Positions 38,556-47,379 of a stretch of DNA of 64,000 nt are shown here, piece after piece. Origin of the DNA: Candidatus Latescibacterota bacterium (GTDB taxonomy: Bacteria > Krumholzibacteriota > Krumholzibacteriia > WVZY01 > JAKEHA01); contig OY970173.1 in assembly GCA_963707635.1 (NCBI GenBank), forward strand, positions 576,001-640,000. The letters run 5' to 3'. A program made the translations under genes and the position numbers. How positions within the stretch are numbered: the first letter of the stretch is position 1; every line of letters begins with the position of its first letter. The notes beneath the pieces were generated by a model. It saw nothing but the letters and a program-made list of their open reading frames with translations. It was not told the DNA's origin and ran no database searches.

Positions 38556-38620
38556 AGCTTACCGGAGGCCTGCCACTAGGTTGAATCGATCGAAGGGGTG
38601 AAAAGGGGACTAGTCCGTCG
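38556..38620 (-). promoter_or_regulatory. 40-bp conserved element, copy 5, with -10 TAAGCT
   Basis: TTGAATCGATCGAAGGGGTGAAAAGGGGACTAGTCCGTCG at 38581-38620. Confidence 0.8.
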
Positions 38621-38705
38621 GGTGGGTTGCCCGACGCGTCGCTCCTACGCGATCTTGTTAGGCTGCGACTTACGCAGTACCATTTGGGCAACCGAGGAGA
38701 GCGGA

Positions 38706-39299
38706 ATGAACATCAGACAGAGACGGCCCCTTCTTGTTTTGGCTGCACTGCTGGTTGCAGTGCAGCCTGCCTCCGTCATGGCCGATCAGAAGACGGAGCC
38801 GCCAGCCATCGGGCCTGCTGTATCCAGGGACGGGCAACACGACTTCGACTTTGCAATCGGTACGTGGAAGACCCAGGTATCGCGTCGGCTGCACCCACTG
38901 ACCGGGTCAGACACCTGGGTTGAGTATGAGGGCACGTCGGTGGTCCGTCCCGTGTGGAACGGAGCTGCGAACCTGGTCGAGCTGGTGATGGATGGATCGT
39001 CGGGTCACTTCGAGGGGATGAGCCTGCGTCTCTACAATCCGGACTCGAAGCAATGGAGCCTTAACTTCTCCAATCGGGCCGCTGGCACGATGGCCGTGCC
39101 GACAATTGGTGAGTTCAAAAATGGTCGGGGCGAGTTCTACAACCAGGAGACCTTTGCCGGGCGAGCGATCCTGGTTCGCTTTGTCATCTCTCCCATCAGC
39201 GCTGACACGTACCGGTACGAGCAAGCGTTCTCAGATGATGGTGGAACGACGTGGGAAGTGAATTGGATCGCCACGGATACCCGGCTCCCCGCCAGGTGA
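38706..39299 (+). CDS. Exported DUF1579-like beta-barrel protein
   Basis: HDFDF.IG.W and YEQAFSDDGG.TWEVNW; GAGGAG RBS. Confidence 0.75.
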   Translation: MNIRQRRPLLVLAALLVAVQPASVMADQKTEPPAIGPAVSRDGQHDFDFAIGTWKTQVSRRLHPLTGSDTWVEYEGTSVVRPVWNGAANLVELVMDGSSGHFEGMSLRLYNPDSKQWSLNFSNRAAGTMAVPTIGEFKNGRGEFYNQETFAGRAILVRFVISPISADTYRYEQAFSDDGGTTWEVNWIATDTRLPAR

Positions 39300-39441
39300 G
39301 CGCATCCGTGTGCGTCGTCACCTGAACTTCTAGGAGCCCGGGCGCATGGCGGAGACCTTCGCGGAGTGGCCGGAGGCGCAGCCGGCCACGACGAGAACCA
39401 GTGCCGACGGGATACGCAGACGCATCACACCACACCTCCCC

Positions 39442-39514
39442 AAAAAAGTTCGATCGCGGTGGACGCGGCCCGCGGTGCCCAGGTTTGCGGCGCGTCTCTT
39501 CCGCGATCGAACTT
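39442..39514 (-). terminator. Long-loop hairpin with minus-strand U tract
   Basis: AAGTTCGATCGCGG / CCGCGATCGAACTT perfect 14-bp stem preceded by an A run. Confidence 0.55.
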
Positions 39515-39534
39515 CTGTCTTCTGGCCAACGGGT

Positions 39535-39960
39535 CTACTGCATCGGGGAGCGCTCGCGGCTCCGCTCCGCGTCGTACTCGCGCTTGTCGATGAACGCGGC
39601 GATCAGGAGGCCGATGCCGATGAACATCGGAATCAATCCCCACAAGCCGTCTTCTCCGCCCGACTCACGCATCAGAGCGATCGTGAGCGCCAGACCGATG
39701 CCGGTCAGCACCAGGCCGTTGGCGCGCCGGTTGGAATACTTGGGCCGCTCCGGCCCGGCCACCTCGACGTCGTTCGGGACCGGAAGCCCTTTTTCCATGG
39801 CGATGATGCGCTCGCGGTGGGCGAGCTCCCGGCGGCGGCTGCCCATGACGATCGCGGTGATGGCGATCAGGACGCCGCCCACGACGGCCAGGATCGGGAT
39901 CGCCAGCGCGATCGCTTCGGTATCGACGAATCCAAAGATCGGGTTGTCCATAGTCTTCAC
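39535..39960 (-). CDS. DUF6249-like membrane protein
   Basis: RRRELAHRERIIAMEKG; GLVLTGIGL; GLIPMFIGIG. Confidence 0.75.
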   Translation of the reverse strand: MKTMDNPIFGFVDTEAIALAIPILAVVGGVLIAITAIVMGSRRRELAHRERIIAMEKGLPVPNDVEVAGPERPKYSNRRANGLVLTGIGLALTIALMRESGGEDGLWGLIPMFIGIGLLIAAFIDKREYDAERSRERSPMQ

Positions 39961-40025
39961 TCCGTTGGTCTTGGGGCGGGCGAGCCCGCCGGGTCCGTGT
40001 GCTTCTGTCCGAAACTCACCCTCTT

Positions 40026-40113
40026 GGACCGGGCCCGCCGGCCCAGGGTTTCAACGATTTTTCCTCCGCGGTGGGCTACAATAGATGAAACGCGCGCCCG
40101 GCCGGGGCGGTCC
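40026..40113. promoter_or_regulatory. Two divergent ECF promoters TGAAAC-N16-CGGTCC
   Basis: Minus strand 40053-40026; plus strand 40086-40113. Confidence 0.7.
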
Positions 40114-40136
40114 TATCGATTGGAGTCAAAAGCGCG

Positions 40137-40721
40137 GTGTCCCAGACAGAACGAGACCTCGTCGCGCGGGCGCTTCGTGGAGACGAGCGGGCGTTCCGGG
40201 ACCTGATCGCCCCGCATCACGCCATGGCGTATGCGGTAGTGCGAGCGGTGCTGGGGGTCCGGGGGCGCGAGGAAGTCGACGACGTCATGCAGATGGTCTA
40301 CTTGAAGGCGTACCAGGGGCTCGCGAACTTCCGCGGCGACGCGAAGTTCTCCACCTGGCTCTACCAGATTGCGCGGCGGGAGGCGATCGACGTATCTTCG
40401 AAGCGGCGCCTCGATACTGTCGACGTCGACGACGTGGAGATTGCGGCTGGCGGATCCGACGCGCCGGATTCGGCCCTCCGTGAGCACGACACCCGCGAGT
40501 GGGTCGAACGTGCGCTGGGCGAAGTGGACGAGACGTACCGGACCGCGATCGAGCTTCGTTACATGGCGGAGAAGTCGTACGAAGAGATCGCGGCGATCAT
40601 GAATCTCCCGGAGGGCACGGTGAAGACCTACGTGCACCGGGGGAAGATCGAGATGAAACGAATCCTGTCGCGCCCGGAGAGGCGCGCGCGCCCCGCCGGG
40701 GCGCGGGAGATGAAGCGATGA
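40137..40721 (+). CDS. ECF RNA polymerase sigma factor
   Basis: FRGDAKFSTWLYQIA; SYEEIA...GTVKTYVHRG. Confidence 0.93.
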   Translation: MSQTERDLVARALRGDERAFRDLIAPHHAMAYAVVRAVLGVRGREEVDDVMQMVYLKAYQGLANFRGDAKFSTWLYQIARREAIDVSSKRRLDTVDVDDVEIAAGGSDAPDSALREHDTREWVERALGEVDETYRTAIELRYMAEKSYEEIAAIMNLPEGTVKTYVHRGKIEMKRILSRPERRARPAGAREMKR

Positions 40722-41245
40722 ATCCGCTGTGCGAAAGAATCGAAGCGCTGTTGCCGGCTCTTGTCAGTCGTGATATTGCGACATCGGATGCCGCGATGGT
40801 GACCTCGCACGTCGAGTCGTGCGCCTCGTGCCGCGAATCGCTGGCCATGTTTGCAATGCTCGAACAGTCGCTGGTGTCGCGCCGCGCCGAGGTTCCTCCG
40901 GTGGATTCCTTCCTCCCGAACCTGGCCGCGGTGCGCGTTCCGGCCGTACACCGGCACTCCCCACTGTTCAGGGTGTTTCGCGCCGCGATGAGTGTCCCGG
41001 GGATATCGATTCTCTTGGTGATGTGGGGGACGATGTTCGCGCTCTCGTTCCGAACCCATCTGGCGAACGACATCACGCGCTATTCGTCGCTCGATCGCTG
41101 GAAGGCGCTGATGGCGTTGACGACGCGCAGATCACGAATCTCACTGGCAACAATGTCTGGATGCTGACTCTGCGGCGTACTCGCCCTGACTCTGGTAATC
41201 CTGGGCTCCATGGGTGCCATGACGCTGCGCTACGTGCGACGGTAG
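40718..41245 (+). CDS. Zinc-finger (HxxxCxxC) anti-sigma factor, 3' part frameshifted
   Basis: C...HVESCASC, TM segments; overlaps the sigma factor stop codon. Confidence 0.75.
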
Positions 41246-41266
41246 TTTCAACATATCGTCCGCGAC

Positions 41267-41926
41267 TCAAGGCCTCTTGTAGCGCGCGACGTACTTCGGC
41301 ACCTTGATTCCGCGCTTGAGCTTCGGGTCGCGGAGCGGCTTCCCGACCCCGGTCGCGAACGGAAGCACCCCCGCCCAGTAGGGAAGCGCGTAGTCCTCGT
41401 CCTCGTCGATCGGCCCGCCCGTGCGCACCTTCGCGGACGCCTCGTCGATTGGTATCTCCAACACGGACGTCGCCTTCATCTCGGTGTCGTTCGGCCCGCG
41501 CGAATCGTTCCAGCGTTCCGGAATCAAGTGCTCGACCAGCGCGTGCAGCGCTTTCATTTTCGCGCCCGGCTCTTCGATCGCCCGCAGCTTGCCGATAATC
41601 ACCACCGAGCGATAGTTCATCGAGCTGTGGAATACCGAGCGCGCGACCACGATCCCGTCCGCGAGCGTCACGGTGACGCACGCGTCGACGCCGTCGGCGA
41701 GGGTATTCAGCATCCGGCTCGCCGCGGAGCCGTGCAGGAGCAGACGGTTGCCGTCGCGCGCGTACAGCGTCGGGATCACGAACGGCTGGCCTTGATGGAC
41801 GAAGCCCACGTGGCAGACCAGTCCCTCGTCGAGGATGGCGTGGATGGTCGCGCGGTCATAAGCGCCGCGCTTCGGAATCCGGCGTACGCGGGTGCGCTCG
41901 GTCGGGTGCTTGCCTCGCGATGTCAT
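41267..41926 (-). CDS. Pyridoxamine 5'-phosphate oxidase/NimA-like flavin-binding protein
   Basis: CHVGF..PFVIPT; LHGS..SRM; HSSMNYRSV. Confidence 0.9.
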   Translation of the reverse strand: MTSRGKHPTERTRVRRIPKRGAYDRATIHAILDEGLVCHVGFVHQGQPFVIPTLYARDGNRLLLHGSAASRMLNTLADGVDACVTVTLADGIVVARSVFHSSMNYRSVVIIGKLRAIEEPGAKMKALHALVEHLIPERWNDSRGPNDTEMKATSVLEIPIDEASAKVRTGGPIDEDEDYALPYWAGVLPFATGVGKPLRDPKLKRGIKVPKYVARYKRP

Positions 41927-41949
41927 GCGTGTCTCTTTCGGTTGAGCCT

Positions 41950-42736
41950 CTAGTCGATCAGCTTCGGGCAGTCGTCGGCGACCGGGCACTCGTCGCAGTT
42001 GGGCTTGCGCGCGGTGCAACAGCGACGCCCGTGCCACGCGATCCGGTGCGAAAGCGCGATCCATTCGTTCTCGGGGAACGCCGCCATCATGTCGCGCTCG
42101 ACTTCTTCCGCGTCCTGGCTGGTCGAGAACCCCATCCGGTTCGACAGGCGCAGCATGTGCGTGTCCACCACCACGCCCGGGATGCCGTACACGTTTACCA
42201 GGATCACGTTGGCGGACTTGCGCCCGACGCCGGGGAGCTGCAGCAGCCCTTCCATGGTCGACGGCATCTGCCCGCCGAAGTGCTCCACGAGCGTGCGGCA
42301 CGCCGCTTTGATCGACTTGGTCTTGTTGTTGAAAAAGCCGGTGCTGCGGATCTCTTCGCGCAGCACGTCGTCGGGGGTAGCCACGTAGTCCTGCGGGGTC
42401 CGGTACTTCTTAAAGAGCGCGGGCGTCACCATGTTGACGCGCGCGTCGGTGCACTGCGCGGCCAGGATGGTGGCGATCAGCAGCTCGAGCGCGTTGGTGA
42501 AGTCGAGCTCGCAGCGTGCGTCGGGGTAGGCTTCCTTCAGCCCGTCGATGACGCGCAGCGCGCGGCGGCGCAGGTCGGGAGTGACGATCAGCGCCGGTCT
42601 TTGCTTCGGCGTCGCCTTCTTTTTCGCTGTGACTTTTTCGCTTCGGCGGTGCGGCCGCACGCTTGCGAACGGGTTTCGGTCGCCCGCGCGCGGTCTTTCG
42701 CCGCGGTGTCTTCTTCTGATTCGCTTTCCGTTTCAT
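41950..42736 (-). CDS. nth: Endonuclease III with Lys/Arg-rich N-terminal tail (frameshift near 42640)
   Basis: ILAAQCTD; HhH LPGVGRKSAN; VDTH; C-x6-C-x2-C-x5-C. Confidence 0.92.
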
Positions 42737-42761
42737 GCGGAACGCGATTATAGCCGAAAGG

Positions 42762-43568
42762 TCATTTTCGCGACAGGTCGAAGCGCGCGCTTGCGCCCAC
42801 GAACACGCGCCAGTCCTCGGTGGTGTTGGTGATTCCGTAGTAGACGCCCGTGTCGAACTGCCAGTCAGGATCCGGCGCGAACGTGACCCCGACGTCGAAG
42901 GTGGTGTCGTCGAGGGCGCCGTCGTCGAAGCCCGCCCGCGCGACGTAGATCTCGACGAATCCGGCGAAGTCGCCCGCGATGGGTGTCCCCAGCGAGACCG
43001 AGCCGATCACCCACGTCTCCTCGTTGTTCAAACGCATGGCGCCGGCCATCGCACTCATCGCGCGGTCACCGCCCAGGTCGATCGAGACCGGCGCAACCAG
43101 GCCCCACGTAATCGCGTCGAAGATGGCGTCGCCACGGGTCGGAACGTACGCAAACGGAAGCAGCGCCATCGCGGACCCGGAGAAGTCGTTGCCCGCGAGG
43201 TTGTACTTCAGCCGCAGTCCCGCCGGTCCGGTCCCGCTGCTTTCGTCGTCGGGAAGACCGGTCTGTTCGGTGCGCACGCTGCACCCACGGCGCGAACAGG
43301 AGCTGGACGTCGAGGTTGTCGCGCGATGCCGTACTTGGCGTTGAAGGCCATCAGGGACGTGCCGGTGATGGTCTCGTCGGAGCACGTTGAATTGCCCCTG
43401 GGTCAGAACGTCGCTTTCCACCTGCAACCAACCCTTCGGAACGGAGTAGGGACTCTCCGTCCGATCGGGGCGATCGGTGCTCATCGGCCGGTCGGCGGCG
43501 TGCGTGGAATCACCGGCGAGCTGCCAGCACAGAACAATCGCGCCCGCGGCCGCGGTGAGGCTACGCAT
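42762..43568 (-). CDS. Outer-membrane transporter (MetA-pathway phenol degradation-like)
   Basis: STDRPDRTESPYSVPKG..QVE; internal compensating frameshifts near 43300-43380. Confidence 0.75.
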   Translation of the reverse strand: MRSLTAAAGAIVLCWQLAGDSTHAADRPMSTDRPDRTESPYSVPKGWLQVESDVLTQGQFNVLRRDHHRHVPDGLQRQVRHRATTSTSSSCSRRGCSVRTEQTGLPDDESSGTGPAGLRLKYNLAGNDFSGSAMALLPFAYVPTRGDAIFDAITWGLVAPVSIDLGGDRAMSAMAGAMRLNNEETWVIGSVSLGTPIAGDFAGFVEIYVARAGFDDGALDDTTFDVGVTFAPDPDWQFDTGVYYGITNTTEDWRVFVGASARFDLSRK

Positions 43569-45331
43569 GGCGCTGCCTCGCCTTCAGCAGGCGGCGCACG
43601 TCGGCGGCACCGCGTGTGTTCAGCACGTCGTCCTTCGTGAGCCAGCCCTTGCGCGCCACGCCGACGCCGTAGCGGAAATAGGCGATCTCGCTGGTGTGGT
43701 GCGCATCCGGGTTCACCACGAACTTGACTCCCATCTCCTTCGCGGTCTTCACGTGGCGCCAATCGAGGTCGAGGCGGACCGGGTGCGCGTTGATCTCGAT
43801 CCACACGTCGTGGGCGGCACACGCCTCGAACACCGCCGTTAGATTCAGCGGGTAGCCGTCGCGCGAGAGCAGCAGCCGTCCGGTCGGATGGCCCAGCATG
43901 GTGGTGAACGGGTTCGACACGGCGGTCACGATGCGTTTGGTCATCTGCGCCTCGGTGCCGGTGAACTGACCGTGCACCGATGCGCACACGTAGTCGAACG
44001 AGGCGAGCAACTCGTCGTCATAGTCCAGCCGTCCGTCCATCAGGATGTCGCTTTCGATGCCGGCGAACACGACGAACGGCGCGATCTCACGATTGAGCTC
44101 CCGGATCTCGCCCAGCTGCTTCTTCACCCTGGCCGGCGTGAGGCCGTTGGCATACATCGCGGTCTGGCGAATGATCGGCGATGCCGAGGTACTGATGGCC
44201 GAGCGCCCTGGCGGCGTCCGCCATCTCGCGCAGAGTCGAGCGTCCGTCGCTATAATCGGTGTGGCAGTGAAAGACTCCGCGGATGTCGGCGGCCTCGATC
44301 AGGCGCGGGAGCGCGTGCGCCTGCGCGGCCTCGATCTCGCCCGTGTTCTCGCGCAGCTCCGGCGGGATGAAGTCCATGCCGAGGTGCTTGAAGAGCGCCG
44401 GCTCGTCCTTGAGGGGCACCGCGTCCTCGCCCTTGAACAGGCCGTACTCGTTGAGCTTGTAGCCCTGTTTCTTCGCGATCGCCCGCACCTCGGTGTTGTG
44501 TTCCTTGCTGCCGGTAAAGTAGTGCACCGCCGCGGGAAATTCGTGGTCCTTGACGACGCGCAGGTCCACGTTGATGCCGGAGTTGAGAATCACGCTCGAC
44601 TTGGTGGGCCCCTTCGCGACGATGGTGGCGACGCCCGGGAGCGTGGTGAACACGTCCATTAGGGCAGAGCCGTCTGCCTCTCGAGTGACGGTCGCGAGAA
44701 TATCCACGTCGCCGATGGTCTCCTTGTGACGCCGGATGCTCCCGCCGATCAGGCTCTGCGTGACGCCGGGCACGCGCCGCACGGCGTCGAGAATCGTCTC
44801 GGCTTCCTCGGACGCCGTGCTGAGCAGGAATCGCTGCCGGTACTTCCGGTAGCGCGCGATGTTCTTCAGGATGTTGGTCTGTGTCTTCTCGCCGAAGCCG
44901 GGCAGCTCGGCGAGCCAGCCGTTGCGGCCCGCCTGCTCCAGCTCTTCGATGGATTTGACCTTGAGCTTGTCGTGGACCGCTTTCACCTTTTTCGGCCCCA
45001 TGCCGCTGATGCGCAGCATCTCCAGCATGCCGGCGGGGACTTTCTTCCGGAGCTTCTCGTATTCCGGGAAGGTCCCCGTCTCGAGCATCGACTTGACGTC
45101 GGCGAAGATGGACTTGCCGATGCCGCGCACCTCGAGCAGCGCCTCCGACTTCACCATCTCGTTCAGGTCCTCGGTGAGGTCGTCGATGGCGCGCGCCGCA
45201 TTGAAGAACGCGCGGATGCGGAAGGGATTGTCGCCGGTGATCTCGAGCATGGCGGCGACGTCGTCGAGGGCGCGGGCGACGTCGGCCTTCGAGATCGCGC
45301 GAGGGGGGGAGGTCTTCCGCGCGGGGGCCAT
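43561..45331 (-). CDS. polX: DNA polymerase X / PHP 3'-5' exonuclease (1-nt insertion near 44167)
   Basis: NPFRIRAF; GSIRR.KETIGDVD; YFTGSK.HN; HCHTDYSDG; DAH. Confidence 0.92.
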
Positions 45332-45340
45332 GGGCGAACC

Positions 45341-46174
45341 CTAGCCGGCTCGGGAGGCGCGGTCGGAGTCCGGCGCCCCGGAGTCTTCCGCTCCGCCCAG
45401 CGCTTTCTCCTTCGCGAGCAGTTTGTCGAAGTCGACGCGGTCGGCGTCGATTTCCGGGGCGCGCGCAAATTCGAAGGCGTCCTGCGCGCGATCGACCGCG
45501 TCGAAGATCCCGGGCGAACCCGCCGGGAAGCGGATCGCGTCGAAACTGACCGACGCGTCGATGCCGAAGTCGCTCGCGATCTTGGCACCCCGCTTCATGT
45601 GCTTCAGGCGGCCGATCATCACGATGCGCTCGACGTCCTTGTGTGTCTCGCACACGGCCTGCAAGACCCCGGTCACGCGCCCCGACACGCCGAACGAGCC
45701 GTCGAGCGTGGTCACGTAGAGCTCGTCCGCCACCGCCGCGAATTCCTCCTGGAAGAACACGCGGTCCTTCGACGGAAAGCCCAGCACGACGATCACGTAC
45801 GCGCCGTGCTCCTTGAACACCCGCGCGCGCCACAGGAGCGACGCGATGCCCAGGTCCTCGCCCACCAGCACCACCTTGCCGTCGGAGTCGATCCGGCACG
45901 GCGAGCCCAGCGGCCCGCGAATCTGGAACACCTCCTCGCCGACGTCCAGGACCATGAGGCGTTCGGTCGGTAGGTCGCGCCCCTGTTCGACCACGACGAA
46001 CGTGCCCTCCTCGCGGTCCACGGCGGCGATCGGGAGCGTAATGGTGGGGCCGTCGACGTTCAGGTGGAGGTCGACGTACTGCCCCGGCATCGCCTTGCCG
46101 GCGAGGGCCGGCAGGCGGAACTCGAGGAGGAAGGTATCCTCGTTGAACGATTGCTTGCGGGTGATGGCGAACAT
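45341..46174 (-). CDS. NfnA/PyrK-like FAD/NAD-binding protein lacking the 2Fe-2S cysteines
   Basis: PGQY; RGPLG; TLDGSFG..GRVT; VDFDKL C-terminus; Cys motif absent. Confidence 0.75.
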   Translation of the reverse strand: MFAITRKQSFNEDTFLLEFRLPALAGKAMPGQYVDLHLNVDGPTITLPIAAVDREEGTFVVVEQGRDLPTERLMVLDVGEEVFQIRGPLGSPCRIDSDGKVVLVGEDLGIASLLWRARVFKEHGAYVIVVLGFPSKDRVFFQEEFAAVADELYVTTLDGSFGVSGRVTGVLQAVCETHKDVERIVMIGRLKHMKRGAKIASDFGIDASVSFDAIRFPAGSPGIFDAVDRAQDAFEFARAPEIDADRVDFDKLLAKEKALGGAEDSGAPDSDRASRAG

Positions 46175-46230
46175 GGCGAACGGCCGCAGGGTACCCCAGA
46201 CGCGCTCCGGAGGGCAAGCGGGGATACGGG

Positions 46231-46260
46231 TTGACTTGGGTACTTTTCGAACGGTACATT
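46231..46260 (+). promoter_or_regulatory. Sigma70-type promoter TTGACT-N18-TACATT
   Basis: Upstream of the branched-chain aminotransferase. Confidence 0.55.
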
Positions 46261-46316
46261 TAATGAGTATTCCTGCGGGACGCTGCGTGTTTCCAACCCT
46301 CTAAGGACGTGCCGCG

Positions 46317-47360
46317 ATGATGAAGGACACCATGCAAAAAGCGGATCTGAAGTGGGGGGAGTTGCCGTTCGACTACCTGCGAACGGACTGTCACCTCGAG
46401 TACAACTACCGCGACGGCAAATGGGACCAGGGCAACGTCGTCGAGGACGACAAGATTTCCATCAGCATCGCCGCCACCAGTCTCCACTACGGCCAGGAGT
46501 GCTTCGAGGGGATGAAGGTCTACGAGACGCGTGACGGGCGCGCGCTCGCGTTCCGGCCCGAAGAGAACGCGCGGCGCATGGTCCACACCGCGAAGAAACT
46601 GGTGATGCAGGCGCCGCCCGAAGAGGTGTTTCTGGAGGCGGTCGATCGCACGGTCAAGCTCAACCGTCGCTTCATCCCGCCGTACGGGAGCGGCGCTTCG
46701 CTGTACGTGCGCCCGCTCCTGATCGGGGTCACCGGAACGGTCGGCATCAAGCCCTCGCGAGAGTACCTCTTCGTCGTGCTGGTGACGCCGGTGGGGCCGT
46801 ATTTTCGCACCGGCCTGAAACCCGTGAAACTGTGGATCGAGGAGCACATCGACCGTGCGGCGCCCGACGGCGTCGGGGACGCCAAGACGGGCGGAAACTA
46901 CGCGGCGGGGTTGCGCGCGACCACCATGGCGCGCGAGAAAGGCTACTCGGAGGTGCTGTTCCTCGACGCCTGCGACAAGAAGCACATCGACGAGTCCAGC
47001 AGCTCGAATTTCTTCGCGATCTCGAAAGACGGCCACTACGTGACACCGAAGTCGCCGTCGATCCTCGCGAGCATCACCAATGCGAGTCTGCGCCAGATCG
47101 CGGCCGACATGAAGATACCGGTCGAGCACCGCGCGGTCGATGTGGCGGAGCTGCCGAACTTCGTGGAAGCGGGGTTGACCGGCACAGCGACCATCATCAC
47201 GCCCGTGTACGCAATCCAGCACGGTAAGAAGCTCATCCAGTACGGCGCCCCGACGAACGTCGGCCCGGTGAGTCAGAAGCTGCGCGACGCGCTGCTGGCG
47301 ATCCAGACCGGCGACGCGCCGGATCCGCACGGCTGGACGCACGAGATCGCGCTGGACTAG
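46317..47360 (+). CDS. ilvE: Branched-chain amino acid aminotransferase
   Basis: LHYGQECFEG; LYVRP; AKTGGNYA. Confidence 0.93.
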   Translation: MMKDTMQKADLKWGELPFDYLRTDCHLEYNYRDGKWDQGNVVEDDKISISIAATSLHYGQECFEGMKVYETRDGRALAFRPEENARRMVHTAKKLVMQAPPEEVFLEAVDRTVKLNRRFIPPYGSGASLYVRPLLIGVTGTVGIKPSREYLFVVLVTPVGPYFRTGLKPVKLWIEEHIDRAAPDGVGDAKTGGNYAAGLRATTMAREKGYSEVLFLDACDKKHIDESSSSNFFAISKDGHYVTPKSPSILASITNASLRQIAADMKIPVEHRAVDVAELPNFVEAGLTGTATIITPVYAIQHGKKLIQYGAPTNVGPVSQKLRDALLAIQTGDAPDPHGWTHEIALD

Positions 47361-47379
47361 CCGGGCGGCGGCGGGGCCG

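Noticed and set aside
25927..38620. The 40-bp repeats as a CRISPR array or integron attC sites
   Set aside because: Copies are 1.6-5 kb apart, there is no cas or intI gene, and no RYYYAAC/GTTRRRY boundaries
25927..38620. The 40-bp element as a c-di-GMP-I riboswitch, given the GNRA loop and nearby GGDEF gene
   Set aside because: It lacks the GCAAA..GGGACGCAAAGC consensus and lies upstream of the predicted TSS on the gene-coding strand
38650..38680. GTTAGGC as an integron core site before the 38706 gene
   Set aside because: No inverse core or attC after that gene; a 7-mer match is expected by chance
43561..45331. Programmed frameshift in polX or thiL
   Set aside because: No slippery heptamer or stimulatory structure was seen, and similar indels occur throughout the window
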